From: Hydrolagus colliei
Lineage: Eukaryota
DNA: 64,000 nt
Direction: 5' to 3'
Assembly (NCBI GenBank): GCA_035084275.1
Contig: CM068768.1
Coordinates: 7,812,001 to 7,876,000, forward strand
In this document: piece by piece, positions 48,764-60,826 of the stretch
How the letters are laid out: each line of letters starts with the position of its first letter
How positions within the stretch are numbered: position 1 is the first letter of the stretch
The notes under the pieces: generated by a model
The model's database searches: none
The model's input: the letters and a program-made list of their open reading frames with translations, nothing else
What the model was told of the DNA's origin: nothing
Program-made: the position numbers and the translations under genes

Positions 48764-51700
48764 GTGACCCTTTCTATTGCTCACCAGCGTTTCCTCCTCC
48801 TCAGTTAAGTAGAATTAAATTGTCATAGACTGATTATGTTAGCGGGATCGCTGCTGTACTCAATTGGCTGCGCCGTTCGCCCACAATCGATTCACTTTAC
48901 GGTATAACCTGCGAAACACTTTAAGACGTCGCGAAAACATGATATGGCGCAATGTCAAATGCGTGGAGTCCTGTAGCTCGGTGGTTAGAGCACTTGCCTT
49001 ACAAGCGGGAGACCCGGGTTGGATTCCTTACTCCCCACGCTGCTAATTATCGCTAAAACAATGCAATAACAAAATCGTTCCTTTCAATCCACGGCTATTT
49101 GTGGGGACACAATCGGCTACCGTTTTCCGCCCGCAAAACACGTACAATCAATTCACTTTACAGTAAATTGTGAAGCGCTTTGAGATGTCCAGAAGACGTG
49201 AAAAGCGCTCTATCAAATGCAAGAATTATTATTATTATTTATTATTATTCTAATTACGATTGCACCCTTCACATACCGGGTTCTACCTCTAAGTGCCACT
49301 ACAAGAGGAGATGCGCGGGGGTGTAACAAAGCTTTGCAATTCGCTGTTTAACGAACAGTGAAATCGCGCGTCCAATTTGGATGCCTGTTGTCACCGAGGT
49401 CAGTGCGAACGCTGAGTGTTCCGCGTGTCTGTGCCACTTTGCTCAGGGTTTACCGAGGACAAGGTGCCGGTGGATCTGGACGCCGTGGTGATTGGGAGTG
49501 GGGTGGGAGGCCTGACGGTGGCCGCTGTGTTGGCCAAGGCCGGCAAGCGCGTGCTGGTACTGGAACAACATGACCAAGCCGGAGGGTGCTGCCACACCTT
49601 CAGCGAGAAGGGGTTCGAGTTCGATGTTGGTAAGTCCTCCCATGTTGCCCGTGAAGCACAGGTTGGTTAGAGGGATTGCCTTGCCAGCGAGAGAACACGG
49701 ATTCGATTCCCGGGCCGAGACAGGGTGAAACCTCACAGACACACACACACAAACACCTTCCATAAATACATTATATTTATATACATTAAACTAATAATTT
49801 GGTCACTCAATCCATAATCGTTTACAGGATGCTACTTGGTATAATAGACTATCGCGTTTCGCCCACAAAATTACAGCCGATTCACTTTGCTGTGTTCAGT
49901 GATGTTCAATTGCCAGTGAAATCCCGCGAAGTTCTTTGAGGAGTCTTGAAGGCGTAATAACGCAAGAATTCTTGGCGTTATTCTTGCTGCTACTTATCAT
50001 TCTTACTCCAACCTCGCCCCACTCTACATCCTTCACCTCCTATCGCCTTACCAACCTGCCCGACCCCCTCCCTCCGCTCGGCAGGCTCTGGCCTGCTCCA
50101 CGTCCCCCACCCCACCATTGGCGGCAGCCACTCTGCTCTCAACATCTGGAACTCCATTCCGCTGGCCCTCCGCCTCGACCCCTCCCTGACCCCAAGACTC
50201 AAGTCCCACCTCAAGACTCCTGATGCGATACAAGTGTAATTTTGTTGTTGTTAACATCTGAACATCTCTTGTGACACCGACCCACCCCCTGTGTTTTGGA
50301 GGAATCCACTACGTTGGACAGATGCACAACTGTGGCTTGTTAAGAATAATCCTGGACCAACTCACAGAGGGACAACTGGACTGGGTTCCAATAGACGCTC
50401 AATATGACACAGTCATACTGGGGGCCAATGAGAAGCGTCGCAAATACCAACTTCGCAGCGGGAAACAGGAGTTTGTTGAGACCCTGAAGAGACAGTTTCC
50501 TCACGAGGAGAAGGCGATTGACGAATTCATGAAACTCGTAAAAGTAAGGGTTTTTGGCATCTAATTCATAATGATATACCGGTATATAATTGATGTACCT
50601 GATAATAATTGGTCATTTCAATCCACAACTGTTTGTGGCGGGGGGGACGTCTCTGTGCGCAATTGGCTGCCGCGTTTCGCCCACAAATATACCTTGGGAC
50701 ATCCTCCCAACGTGAAAGGCGCTCCATAAATGTAATTTGTATTGTTGATGTTGTTAAGGAACACGATAAAAAAAGAATTCCGCAGATTTGTTGGTAATGT
50801 GTGTGTTTTGGTTTGCTCACAGCTGGCTTCCAAACGAGTTCCTCTGATGGCCGTGCTCAAAATGATCCCTCTCCCTTTAGCCTTGTTCCTTGTCAAAACT
50901 AATATAATCCACCGGATTTCGTCCATTTTTAAGCTCGCGAGCACGAATGTGACTGAAGTGGTCGATGAGCTGACAGAGAACCGGGACCTCAGAGCGCTGT
51001 TCAGTTACCTCTTTACTGGTAAACAGAGTGTGTGTGTGTGTATGTGTGTGCTTTCCTGCTTTTCTTCATTCTTTTATTAGATCCTGGAGTACTCCTGTAG
51101 CTCAGTGTTCAGATCACGTGCCTCGCAAGCGAGAGACCTTGGGTTTGATTCCTGGACAGGGCAAAAACCACGGGCAAGTTTCCTCACTCCGCGCGCTCTC
51201 TGTTTACCCAGCAGCGTGTAGGAACCCAGTTGTCGGTCAGTCGAAAAGGAAAGTCTCCAGTTGCGATTTGGAGACGGGGAAAAGCTGGGAAAAGGGTGCG
51301 TTGGGGTGAGGCAGTGGGATTGAGGTAGCGAGTGTCTGAATTTAGTGTAGGCAAGGCTGCAATGGATGGGTCGGAATGCTTAGACAAGACTCCAGTTGAT
51401 AATTTAATCAAATAACAGTTGATTATTTTGGCTTGTGATGTGCAGACAAAATGCTGAGCAACAAAAAGACCAAGGTCCATGTATGTACTAAAATCTCATA
51501 ATGTTATTTTCTGAAAACAAAATCTAATCGTGATATTGTTTCAAAACTTCTAAATTGTATCAAAAATAGTTTCAAAAATCTAATCAAAAGGCGAAATTGT
51601 TTAAAACTTTTTTGGTGGGAAAGGGGAAGGGAGACAGTATATCTCACTCGTGGTTCGGGTGAGACGCTGGAAGAAACAACCAACTTGAACACTTAAGTTT

Positions 51701-54700
51701 TCTCAGGTTGACCTACAATCGAATGCAGGATTGTGCAAAGATTCCCTTGTGGTTATTATTAATAATAATAATCCTTGCATTTGATATAGCGCTTTTCACG
51801 TCTTATCGACGTCTTAAAGCGCCTACAGAACACACTGTAAAGTGAATTGACTATATTTGTGGGCGAAACGCGACAGCCAATTGCGCACAGCAGCGTCCGC
51901 CACAAACAGTCGTGGATTGAAAATGACTAATTTTTACTATCATGTCTTTTTATGGGAGGGATTATTAATAGGCATGTGGAGCAAGTAAACTTGCCCAAGG
52001 TTTCGCCCTGATCTGCCTGGGTAGACTTTCTTTGCACAGTGCTTATTAACATGTTTTGTTAGTTCAGACCTATTGAAAAGTTACTGAAATCACGTTGCGC
52101 CCACGCATCCATGCAGGTCAGGCCGAAACTTTGGGCAAGTTTCCTTGCTCCACACGCCTAATAATAATCCCTCAAAAAAAAACAATCAAAAATATTAGTA
52201 ATTTCAATCGACGACTAAGTTTGTGGGGGACGCTGCTGTGCGCAATTGGCTGCTGCGTTTCGCCCACAAATATACAGTCAACTCACTTTACAGTCTATTC
52301 TGTGAAGCGCTTTGAGACGTCGATAAGATGTGAAAAGTTCTATATCAAATGCAGGGATTATTGTTCTTCTGATTATGAATCTGCATTGCAACAAATCTAA
52401 TTTTGCTGTCGATCGAGAGAATCAACCGTCTCCCAAGCGAGCCTGTTCGTGAGGACCCGCGTTCGATTCCCGGTTGGGGGTGAATCCCTAGGCCGTCAGT
52501 TTCCCATTCACTGGAAGAGCATAAGAGATGGCACTGCGCTCCTCTGCTGAAACAGGTAACCAAAAACTAGTTGGACAATCTCTGCCCTCATCAGGTGTGG
52601 CTCCAAAAGACACGAGCTTCGTGATGAACGCCTTGCTGATCCATCACTACAAGAGAGGTGCCTGGTATCCACGAGGAGGGGCCAGCGAGATCGCCTTCCA
52701 CATGATCCCGGTCATTCAGAGAACCGGCGGTGATGTCCTGGTGAGAGCGTCCGTACAAAAGATCCTAACCAACAGCGCCGGAGAGGCGTGCGGTAAGCTT
52801 AACTTCACACCCTTCCTCTGCAGGAGTTCACGTAGCTCAGTTGTTAGAGCGCACTTGCCCTTGCCTTGCAAGCGTGAGGGACCCGGGTTCGATTCCCGGT
52901 TGGGGGTGAATCCCTAGGCCTTAAGTTTCCTTACTCCACGTGCCACAGCTTAACCAGCAATAAAGCAGCATGTTAGTTGATTGCCCGGATGGCATTGCTG
53001 GGATCATCTCCAGTGGGTTCCAATTGGTAGTGTTGTTGGTCGGAGAGAGGGATTTGGCACGGCTCAAACACAATGCAAAGGGGAACCTGGGTTTAATGAG
53101 CAATCCTGTGACTCTCACCCATTCCTCGGCTTGTGTCCGTGTACTTTTACACGCTAAATCTCTACTTGCCCACAAAGGAGAGTCAGGAGAGTTTCGAGGG
53201 GGTTAACGCAGACAGCTTCAAGCTCGTCCCCACCCCTCTCCACAATGATCATGTTCAGGGACTCTCATCAAAGCTATCTGGCACATTGTGTAGAATACAA
53301 AGATCTGAATAAACAATGAAAGATTTCTTATGACACATTCCTCGGGGATAAGCAAAAGCCTCAGCATGCAACACCTCTCTTGTTTTATCATTGAAGCAGT
53401 GTCAGTAATTTAAGTCTTAAAGTCTTTAAGGCTCGTCCCAACAATTAAGATGTCATAAGACGCCTTATCTTAAGAATGCAAGGAATATCATTATTAAAAG
53501 CACATTGCACTTTAGAGTAAAGCCAGTAAAACGCTTTGAGAGAATATGTGAAGGCTTCGAACATTACTGTGATGTGAAAGACAAGAATTGTCGATCAGTA
53601 AACTCTGCCTGTGTTGATGTAGGGGTGACGGTAAGGAAAGGTCAGAACGAGGTCTGTATCGCTGCCCCCCTTGTGATCTCTGACGCTGGAATATTCAACA
53701 CTTACCAACGTCTTTTACCCAAAGAAATCCAAGTTAAGCCCGGTAAGAGGAACACTGATCTGTAACACGGCATAACCTACAGAAATACACAGTCACTACA
53801 CTTTACAGTGATGTCCTGTGAACTGCTTTGGGACAACCTGTTGATGTAGCTCCTGTAGCTCAGTGGTTAGAGCACTCGCCTTAAAAGGGTGAGAGCTGTG
53901 TTCGAATCCAGGCAGGTCAGGGCGAAACCGTGGGCAAGTTTCCTTACTCCACACGCCTCATAATAATCCGCCCCCCAAAAAAGCACAATAATATAAAATT
54001 GGTCATTTTAGTTCCACGACTGTTTGTGGGGGACACTGCGTTTCACCAACAAATATTCAGTGAATTCACTTCACAGTACATTCTGTATAGCGCTTTGAGA
54101 CGTCGTTAAGATGTGAAAAGCGCTATATCAAATGCAAGGATTATTTTTTTATTCTTATGTGAAAGGGTAGAATGTGGGTGTGAGTGTGGGATGAGGGGAT
54201 AACATAGAACCAGGAGTAGGCCATTCAACCCCTTGAGCCTGTTCCGGCATTCAATAAGATCATGGCTGATCTGAGCCTCAAGTGAAATTACCTGCCGTGG
54301 CCCCATAGCCCTTAATACCCTGACCCAACAAATGTATCTATCCACCTCAGCCTTGAAAGTGTGAATGGATGTTGCATTCCACTGCCTTGTAGGGGAATTC
54401 TGGGGTGAAAGGTAGCGTGTTTGGTGAGGCGGTAACATGTGACTCGAGGGGCTGGCATGTGGATTGACTTGAGAGCATGTGGCTAGCGTGATATTGTATG
54501 TGGAAAGCAGCTTGCTCTTAGCTGGCGAGTCTAGTCAGTCTAACGTCAGCAGGTGAATTGAAATGATTCTGTCCGTTTTTTTTCACCAATTACAATCCCA
54601 ATGACAGACAATAGCAGTGGCGTTAATCATTCCTTTACGCTTTCTTCCGTCCAGCCATTCAATCCCAGCTTGCCATGGTACAACACGGAATGGGCTCCTT

Positions 54701-56893
54701 CCTTGTGTTTGTCGGGCTCAGAGGAACGAAAGAGGAACTAGGGCTGAGGTCCACAAATCATTGGATTTACCGAGACAACAACCTGGATGAACTGTGAGTT
54801 AGTTGTCAGAAACATTTATCCTCACCATCAAGGTCCCCCCCGTTGCCCCCTTTCTGCCTCTGTGACCTGCTAAGCCCTTACCAACCCGTCCACTCCCTCC
54901 CTCCGCTCAGCCGGCTCCAGCGTGAATCAAGTGAGCCCTCGCGGCCCACCCCCACCCTCAGCAGTCAGGCCTTCAGCCTTCCCCACCACCACCTTCTTGT
55001 TCTCCAACTCACGTTCCCTTCGCCTCGTTCCCCCACTTGCCCGAATCGAGGCATGTCTCAACACCCTCCTCGTTGAATGTTTTGACATTGGAGGCGATGT
55101 GTGAAGATGCCCGAGATCATTTCTTGTGAATGACCCTCAATGCCAAGGACTTATGGCAATCAGCGTAACAGCAGCAGCAACAATTACATGTGGATAGGGC
55201 CTTTCAGTTTGGGAGGACGTCCCAAGGCGTTGGACAATAAGGGAATTGGACATCGGGAGAGGACATCTTGAAGCATTTTGCGGGGTGCTTAAGTGTGCTT
55301 TTTCCTCCTGTTACAGAATGCAGCGCATGGCGTCCACGAGCAGAGAGGAGTTCACGGACAATATCCCCATGTTGTTCATCACCTTCCCGTCGGCCAAGGA
55401 CCACACTTGGAATGACCGGCATCCAGGTAACGGCAGGCGTCAATCCCGGTTCGGCAGCCTGGAGTTAATAGAACAAAATAGAACGCGTCCACCCCTCCAA
55501 ATGTACAGTCAATTGACTTTACGGTATGTTCTGTAAAGAGCTTTGGAGACGTGACAAGTCACTGTATCAATTGCAAGGATTAGTATTATTATTATTATTA
55601 CTATATAAATGTGCAAGTTGTTGTGGATTTTAACTACCGGATGAGGGGGCAGCTGAGGTGGAATTTGGAGCCCCTGGCTTCGGAATAATTCTCCACAATT
55701 CCGTCACCCAGGGAAGTCCTGTATGACCATACTGACCATGGTGCGTTACGAGTGGTTTGAAGAGTGGAAGGACAAGCAGGTGAAGAAACGAGGGGACGAC
55801 TACGAGCGTGCGAAGATGGCTATAGCTGAGAGACTGATCAACTGGGCCTTGGATCTCTTCCCACAGCTCAAAGATAAGGTACGTGATTCAAAGCCTCGTA
55901 GTGCCTTTCCCATTGGGAGGACGTCTCAAGGAGGGACTTGAAGGAGGGCCGGGGAGGTAGGGTGGGGGGGGGTCCGAGGCAATGGGATTACGGGATGGAA
56001 TTCCAGAGACATTTAAAAGAAACCAGCACAGAGACGGTCAAATTCTCTGCGGACATTGACACGCGAAGAGAAGGAGGAGGGCTACTGCAGAACCTTGTGT
56101 CCTAATCTGTGTTGGTGCCTTTGCAACCGGTTCTAGATTGAATACGTAGAGGCCGCGACACCCCTCACCAACCAGCACTATATTGGTGCAACGCGCGGAT
56201 CGATGTGCGGCGTTGATCAGAACCTCTCTCGCTTCACGCCCGAAGTTATCGCCATCATCAGGGCAAAGACTCCTCTTAAGAACCTGTACCTGACAGGTAA
56301 GAAGTTCCCAAACGTGATAATAATCCTCATAATAATCCTTGCGTTCGATGCAGAATAAATACGCTATGAAGCAAATTGTGGCCGAAACGCAGCAGGCACT
56401 TGCGCACGACAGTGGCCCACAAACTGTCGTGGTTTGAGTGACCGATTTGTTAAACTCTTTTTTTTTTTTTTTGAAGGAATTATTACATTCCCCCGTTCCC
56501 CCCCACCCACCCCGAAAAAGCGATTCTCCCAATCAACTGACAAACTGGTTCCTACTTACTACTCGGTAAACGGAGGCGCGCGCGTAGAGTAAGGAAACGT
56601 ACCCAACATTTTGCCCTGTTTGGGAATCGAACGCAGGTGTCTCGCTTGCGAGGCCAGCGCTCTTGCTGAGCTACGCTTAAATAGTCAGGGTGGATCAATT
56701 TGGCTGGTGTGACGGGAAATTGTTACCGGCAAGAACTTTCTTTGCAGGACAGGACGTGTTTTCCAATGGCCTGGCTGGGGCTGTGCACGGGGGTCTTATT
56801 TGCGCCTCGGGCATCTTAGGCCGGATTGTGTACGTGGACCTCTTGCTCCTTAAGAGAAAATTGAAGGGAAAAGAAATGAAGAAAGAGAAATGA
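48604..56893 (+). CDS. RETSAT: All-trans-retinol 13,14-reductase-like (retinol saturase; phytoene desaturase/CRTISO family), 11 exons, 606 aa
   Basis: Phase-consistent exons: 48604-48763, 49447-49629, 50302-50543, 50823-51018, 52595-52792, 53623-53742, 54655-54793, 55317-55426, 55712-55878, 56137-56296, 56748-56893, totalling 1821 nt. N-terminal hydrophobic signal/anchor, FAD motif VIGSGVGGL...[24 protein letters not shown]-terminal KKEK. It may be a RETSAT-like paralog. Confidence 0.92.
48965..49250 (+). mobile_element. tRNA-derived SINE in RETSAT-like intron 1
   Basis: Head and tail motifs. Confidence 0.8.
49447..49629 (+). CDS. RETSAT: RETSAT-like exon 2 (dinucleotide-binding motif)
   Basis: ctcag|GG ... 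GTTG|gtaagt; GSGVGG motif. Confidence 0.94.
50302..50543 (+). CDS. RETSAT: RETSAT-like exon 3
   Basis: IHYVGQM...[11 protein letters not shown]...[11 protein letters not shown]; tttggag| acceptor, |gtaagg donor. Confidence 0.9.
50823..51018 (+). CDS. RETSAT: RETSAT-like exon 4
   Basis: cacag|CTG ... ACTG|gtaaac; [17 protein letters not shown]. Confidence 0.9.
51755..52362. mobile_element. Inverted SINE pair (- copy 51755-52020, + copy 52110-52362)
   Basis: Both lack the 5' A-box part; about 90-bp spacer. Confidence 0.85.
52595..52792 (+). CDS. RETSAT: RETSAT-like exon 5
   Basis: [29 protein letters not shown]; atcag| ... |gtaagc. Confidence 0.93.
53623..53742 (+). CDS. RETSAT: RETSAT-like exon 6
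   Basis: [19 protein letters not shown]; gtag| ... |gtaaga. Confidence 0.92.
53848..54145 (+). mobile_element. tRNA-derived SINE
   Basis: Intact head and tail; part of the core deleted. Confidence 0.86.
54200..54395 (-). mobile_element. CR1-like LINE 3' end
   Basis: Same family as 6522-6680. Confidence 0.7.
54655..54793 (+). CDS. RETSAT: RETSAT-like exon 7
   Basis: Hand-translated [30 protein letters not shown]; ccag| ... |gtgagt. Confidence 0.9.
55317..55426 (+). CDS. RETSAT: RETSAT-like exon 8
   Basis: [21 protein letters not shown]; tacag| ... |gtaacg. Confidence 0.91.
55712..55878 (+). CDS. RETSAT: RETSAT-like exon 9
   Basis: [20 protein letters not shown]...LFPQLKDK; cccag| ... |gtacgt. 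Confidence 0.92.
56137..56296 (+). CDS. RETSAT: RETSAT-like exon 10
   Basis: Hand-translated [17 protein letters not shown]...TPLKNLYLT; ctag| ... |gtaaga. Confidence 0.92.
56748..56893 (+). CDS. RETSAT: RETSAT-like exon 11
   Basis: [20 protein letters not shown]...KKEK*; ttgcag| acceptor. Confidence 0.92.
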
Positions 56894-57149
56894 AACGAAA
56901 GGCTAACGGTTGGTCGATTTGGCCTTCAGTTGGCCCCTTTCACTCAACAACACACGACATTTTGGACAGCGCCTTTCACGTCAGTGGGGGGGGACGTCAC
57001 AAGGCGGTGGACAATCAGGGACGCGAGCTGGTGGTTGGGATCAGGAAGAGTGGAGGTGAGGGGAGGGTAGGGTTTGGGAGGGTGACAAAGTATATACTGT
57101 ACTATATATATATCTACTGCATCTCAAGATAATACATGAATAATAATGA

Positions 57150-57435
57150 TGATCCTTGCATTTGAAAGAGTGCCTTATCTTGTCATCGAGACGCCTCAAA
57201 GTGTTTCAAGGGATTTACTTTAAGTTCACTCTTTTGGGCGAAACTTTGCTGCCAATATGCATCAATAGCTTTGACCCGCAAACAGTTGTGGATCGAAAAG
57301 AACAATTTATTATTGCGGTTTTTTTGAGGGATTATTATTGTGGAGTAAGGAAACTTGCCCGAGGTTTCACCCTGAATGGAATTGAACCCAGGTCGCTCGC
57401 TTGTAAGGCGAGTGCTCTAACCACGGAGCTACAGG
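57150..57435 (-). mobile_element. tRNA-derived SINE
   Basis: Reverse head ctctaaccacggagctacagg and tail. Confidence 0.8.
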
Positions 57436-58239
57436 GCCCCAAAATATCGATGATTACTTTGGATTAGTGATAGATCTGGTCCCAATTATTCATTTCTCTT
57501 TAAAGATCACGGTGTGTGCTCCTAGAATTCCCTCTGTGGCCATATAGCGCTTTTCACATCTTCTATGCGTCTCAAAGCGCTGTGCAGAATATACGGTAAA
57601 GAGAAATGATTGTATATTTTATGGGTGAAACGCGGCAGCCAATTGTGCACAGCAGTGTCCCACAAACAGTCATGGACAGCCATGCATTTGACGCAATGTT
57701 TCAAGGGCGAGCTTATCATTATGTTGGTTCTCACAGAAAGCGTATTAGTCATGTAGTCTGTGGGCAGCTGTAAGTGGCGACAGTACAGTGTAACAAATCA
57801 GATAAGTCGCTGCCGAACGAGGCCATGAATGTGAACTGCAGCGAAGCCACTACCAATGTGAGCCAAGTTGGTTGTGACAATGACGAGGCATTTGATGTAT
57901 CTGAAATACACGTTAATAGGCAGAGGTTCGGCAGGGTTAACATTGAGCTCTTGTTAATCGGGTTGTCCTAGCTGGACGGGCAGCATGAAAGTCTCCCCGA
58001 CACCAATAATCAATAATATTGAGAATCATCCTTCCATTTTATACAGCAGCCCTATCACGTCTTCAAGGCAGCTTAAAGTCCTTCACAGAATATACGGTAA
58101 AACTTTGGTAAAATTGTGGTTTTAGCTGCTATGACTCCAGGAGTGAATCAGACTCACTCCTGGAATCCACCCAAGCTTTGCCTCTTAGCAACAGGCTTCT
58201 CATGGTTTCCTGAACAAGGTAAAAAGGATGTGCGAGGGA

Positions 58240-58585
58240 GCGCACAAGTTAATGTAGAGCTAGGCCATGGAGGGCTTTGGAGGCGAAGGCAAGGATTTGA
58301 ACTCTACCCTCTGGGGAATGGGGAGATAATGGAGCCGGTGAGGGTGGGGTGGGATAGGGTCATAGAGCCTGGTGCGGGAGAGGAAGCGAGCTACAGGGTT
58401 CTGGATAATCTGCAGCTTGCGGAGGGAAAGCGTTTTGGGAAGGCCGACAAGCAGGGAGTTGGTATAGTCCAGCTTTGATGGCATGAATGCGTGGATGAGG
58501 TTTTTGGCGGAATGAGGGGAGAGGCCTTGGCGGAATCGGGCGATGTTGAGGAGGTGGGGGAAAGGACATGGCGGGTCGTAGCCTC
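58240..58585 (-). mobile_element. L2-clade LINE fragment
   Basis: SKLDYTNSLLVGLP...KLQIIQNPVAR...RLHYLPIPQRVEFK. Confidence 0.85.
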
Positions 58586-58745
58586 ATTCAACCTTTGACA
58601 ATCGCACATTCCATTTTCAACATACCCTCACCAGACAGAGCAAGGGTGATAGATAAAGGAAAGACTGCCTCCTATTGATTTCAAGGAAGTCCATAAGATT
58701 CAAAAATACAATAATGATCAAACCATTTTAATTATGGGCAAATTA

Positions 58746-58890
58746 GAACATAAGAACATAAGAATTAGGAGCAGGAGTAGGCCATTTGGCCCCTCGAGCC
58801 TGCACCCCACCACCCCCCACCACCATTCAATAAGAACATGGCTGATCTTCTAATCTAACTGTACCTACCCATCTTATCCCCATATAATAC
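58746..58890 (-). mobile_element. CR1-like LINE 3' end
   Basis: (agaacata)2 tail plus ggagcaggagtaggccatt. Confidence 0.72.
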
Positions 58891-60826
58891 CAATAATAAT
58901 CCTTGCATTTAACTTAGCGCTTTTCACATCTTATCAACGTCTCAAAGCACTTCACAGAATATACTATAAGGTGAATTGACTGTATACTTGTGGGCGAAAC
59001 CCAGCAGCCAATTGTGCACAGCAGTGTCATGGATTGAAAATGACCAATTTTTATTATTGTGTTTGTTTTTTTGCCGGACGCAGGAAAGTCTGTTCTATTT
59101 AAAAAGGTTCCAAAGATAAATTAGAAGACAAAACACGTCAACATTTGTTCATCTTGAAATGCAGCTTTTTAATAAAAAATATATAGGTCAGGGTTAATGT
59201 TACATCAAGTCCTGTTGCTTAAAAAATATCTGTCGTTACCTGTGTTAGTTAAAACTCACAGCTGTGCAGCACATTCTCAGATGGTTTAATTTACTCCCCT
59301 CCAATTATTCCTTCTCTTCCGAGGGGTATGGAGTTACTGCTGGGAGCAGCGTCCCCCACAAACAGGCATGAGACCACATATCCCTTAATCTCTTTCTCTA
59401 TAATAAATCTATCAATCTCAGTCTTGAATATGTTCAAAGACTGAGCATCTACAGCCTTTTGGGGTAGAGAATGCTATAAATTAGGTGGCAACATCATAGA
59501 AATAACAGTGACTGGACAGAATTTCATCATTGTACAGGGTTCAAGTGATTACAAATGTATGTTTCACAGCTGGCAAGCCTGAGTAATAGATAATATTTTA
59601 CAACTAATTGTCCTTATTTCAACAACAACAAAAAACTTATATTTGTACTACATATATGGAAGTCCTCCTGACACAAAAGGCACTTTACAAGTGTAATTTT
59701 GTTGTTGCTGTTGTTAAAATTTTAATGTTTATCCTTGCATCTTGTATTGCGATCTTCACATCTTCTAGTCGTCTCAAAGTGCTTCACAGAATATACTGTA
59801 AAGTGAATCAACTGTATAGTTGTGGACGAAACGTGGAAGCCAATGGCGCACAGCGGTGTCCCACAAACAGTCATGGATTGAATGGACCAATTTTTTTTTA
59901 AGGGATTATTATTAGGTGTGTGGAATAAGGAAACGTGCCCAAGGTTTCGCCCTGACCAGCTTGGAGTAAAATCCAGGGTTTATTGAAGCCCAAATACCAA
60001 AGGTCCCAATTCTATTCTGTTGTGGGCGGCACAGATTGGAGGGGTTCAAAGAGGGAATGGCAGGAAGGAAAAGAGCAAAAAAAGTGGGATGCAACAATTT
60101 GTTGCAGGGCCTTGGAGAGCAATGGGAGGTTCGAGATGGGGGGGTGGCTGGAGAGTAGGGATGGATCCAGGGAAGGTTCGTTTCAGGATGGGAGTGATGA
60201 TGGCGGGTTTTACGGGGGGTGGCAGTGGCAGTGGATAAGTACAGGAGATGGAGCAGTGAACAGATTCCCCACTAAGTACACTGTGCGTTTTTTAGTGCAA
60301 AATAGTCATAGCCAATCGCCAATTGCTCACAGCAGTGTCCGACCAAACAGTCGCACATTGCGTGACCAAATAATTCCTTTACTTCCTCATTCCCCTGATC
60401 CATTCAAGTTGACTCTGAATGGCATTATTACCCATACAAATTGTTGGTATTGTGCAATTGTGTCTGGCTGACTGCGTGTCCTCCCAAACTGCACCTAATC
60501 ATTAACAGAATTAGGAAAACAGAATGAGTTCCCTTCAGAGAGAGAGAGAGAGAGAAAGAGAGAATCCATAATGCATTCGATTCCAACTATCCTTCTCTGG
60601 AATTTCTACGTATAGGTGGGATGCTTGGAACTCTCAATTTGGTCTGGGTTAGCCTTAAGCATGGTGATGTGTTTCCGCATGTGTAAGACAGCTGGCTGAC
60701 CAAAGCAAAATGTTATGTCCTTTTGTTAGAATTGAAACCACCCCCACCCCACACCCCCACCTCCTTATTGCATACGAAACTCAACCACATCACCAGAAGC
60801 GCTAACGATTCCCAAACCTGAATAGC

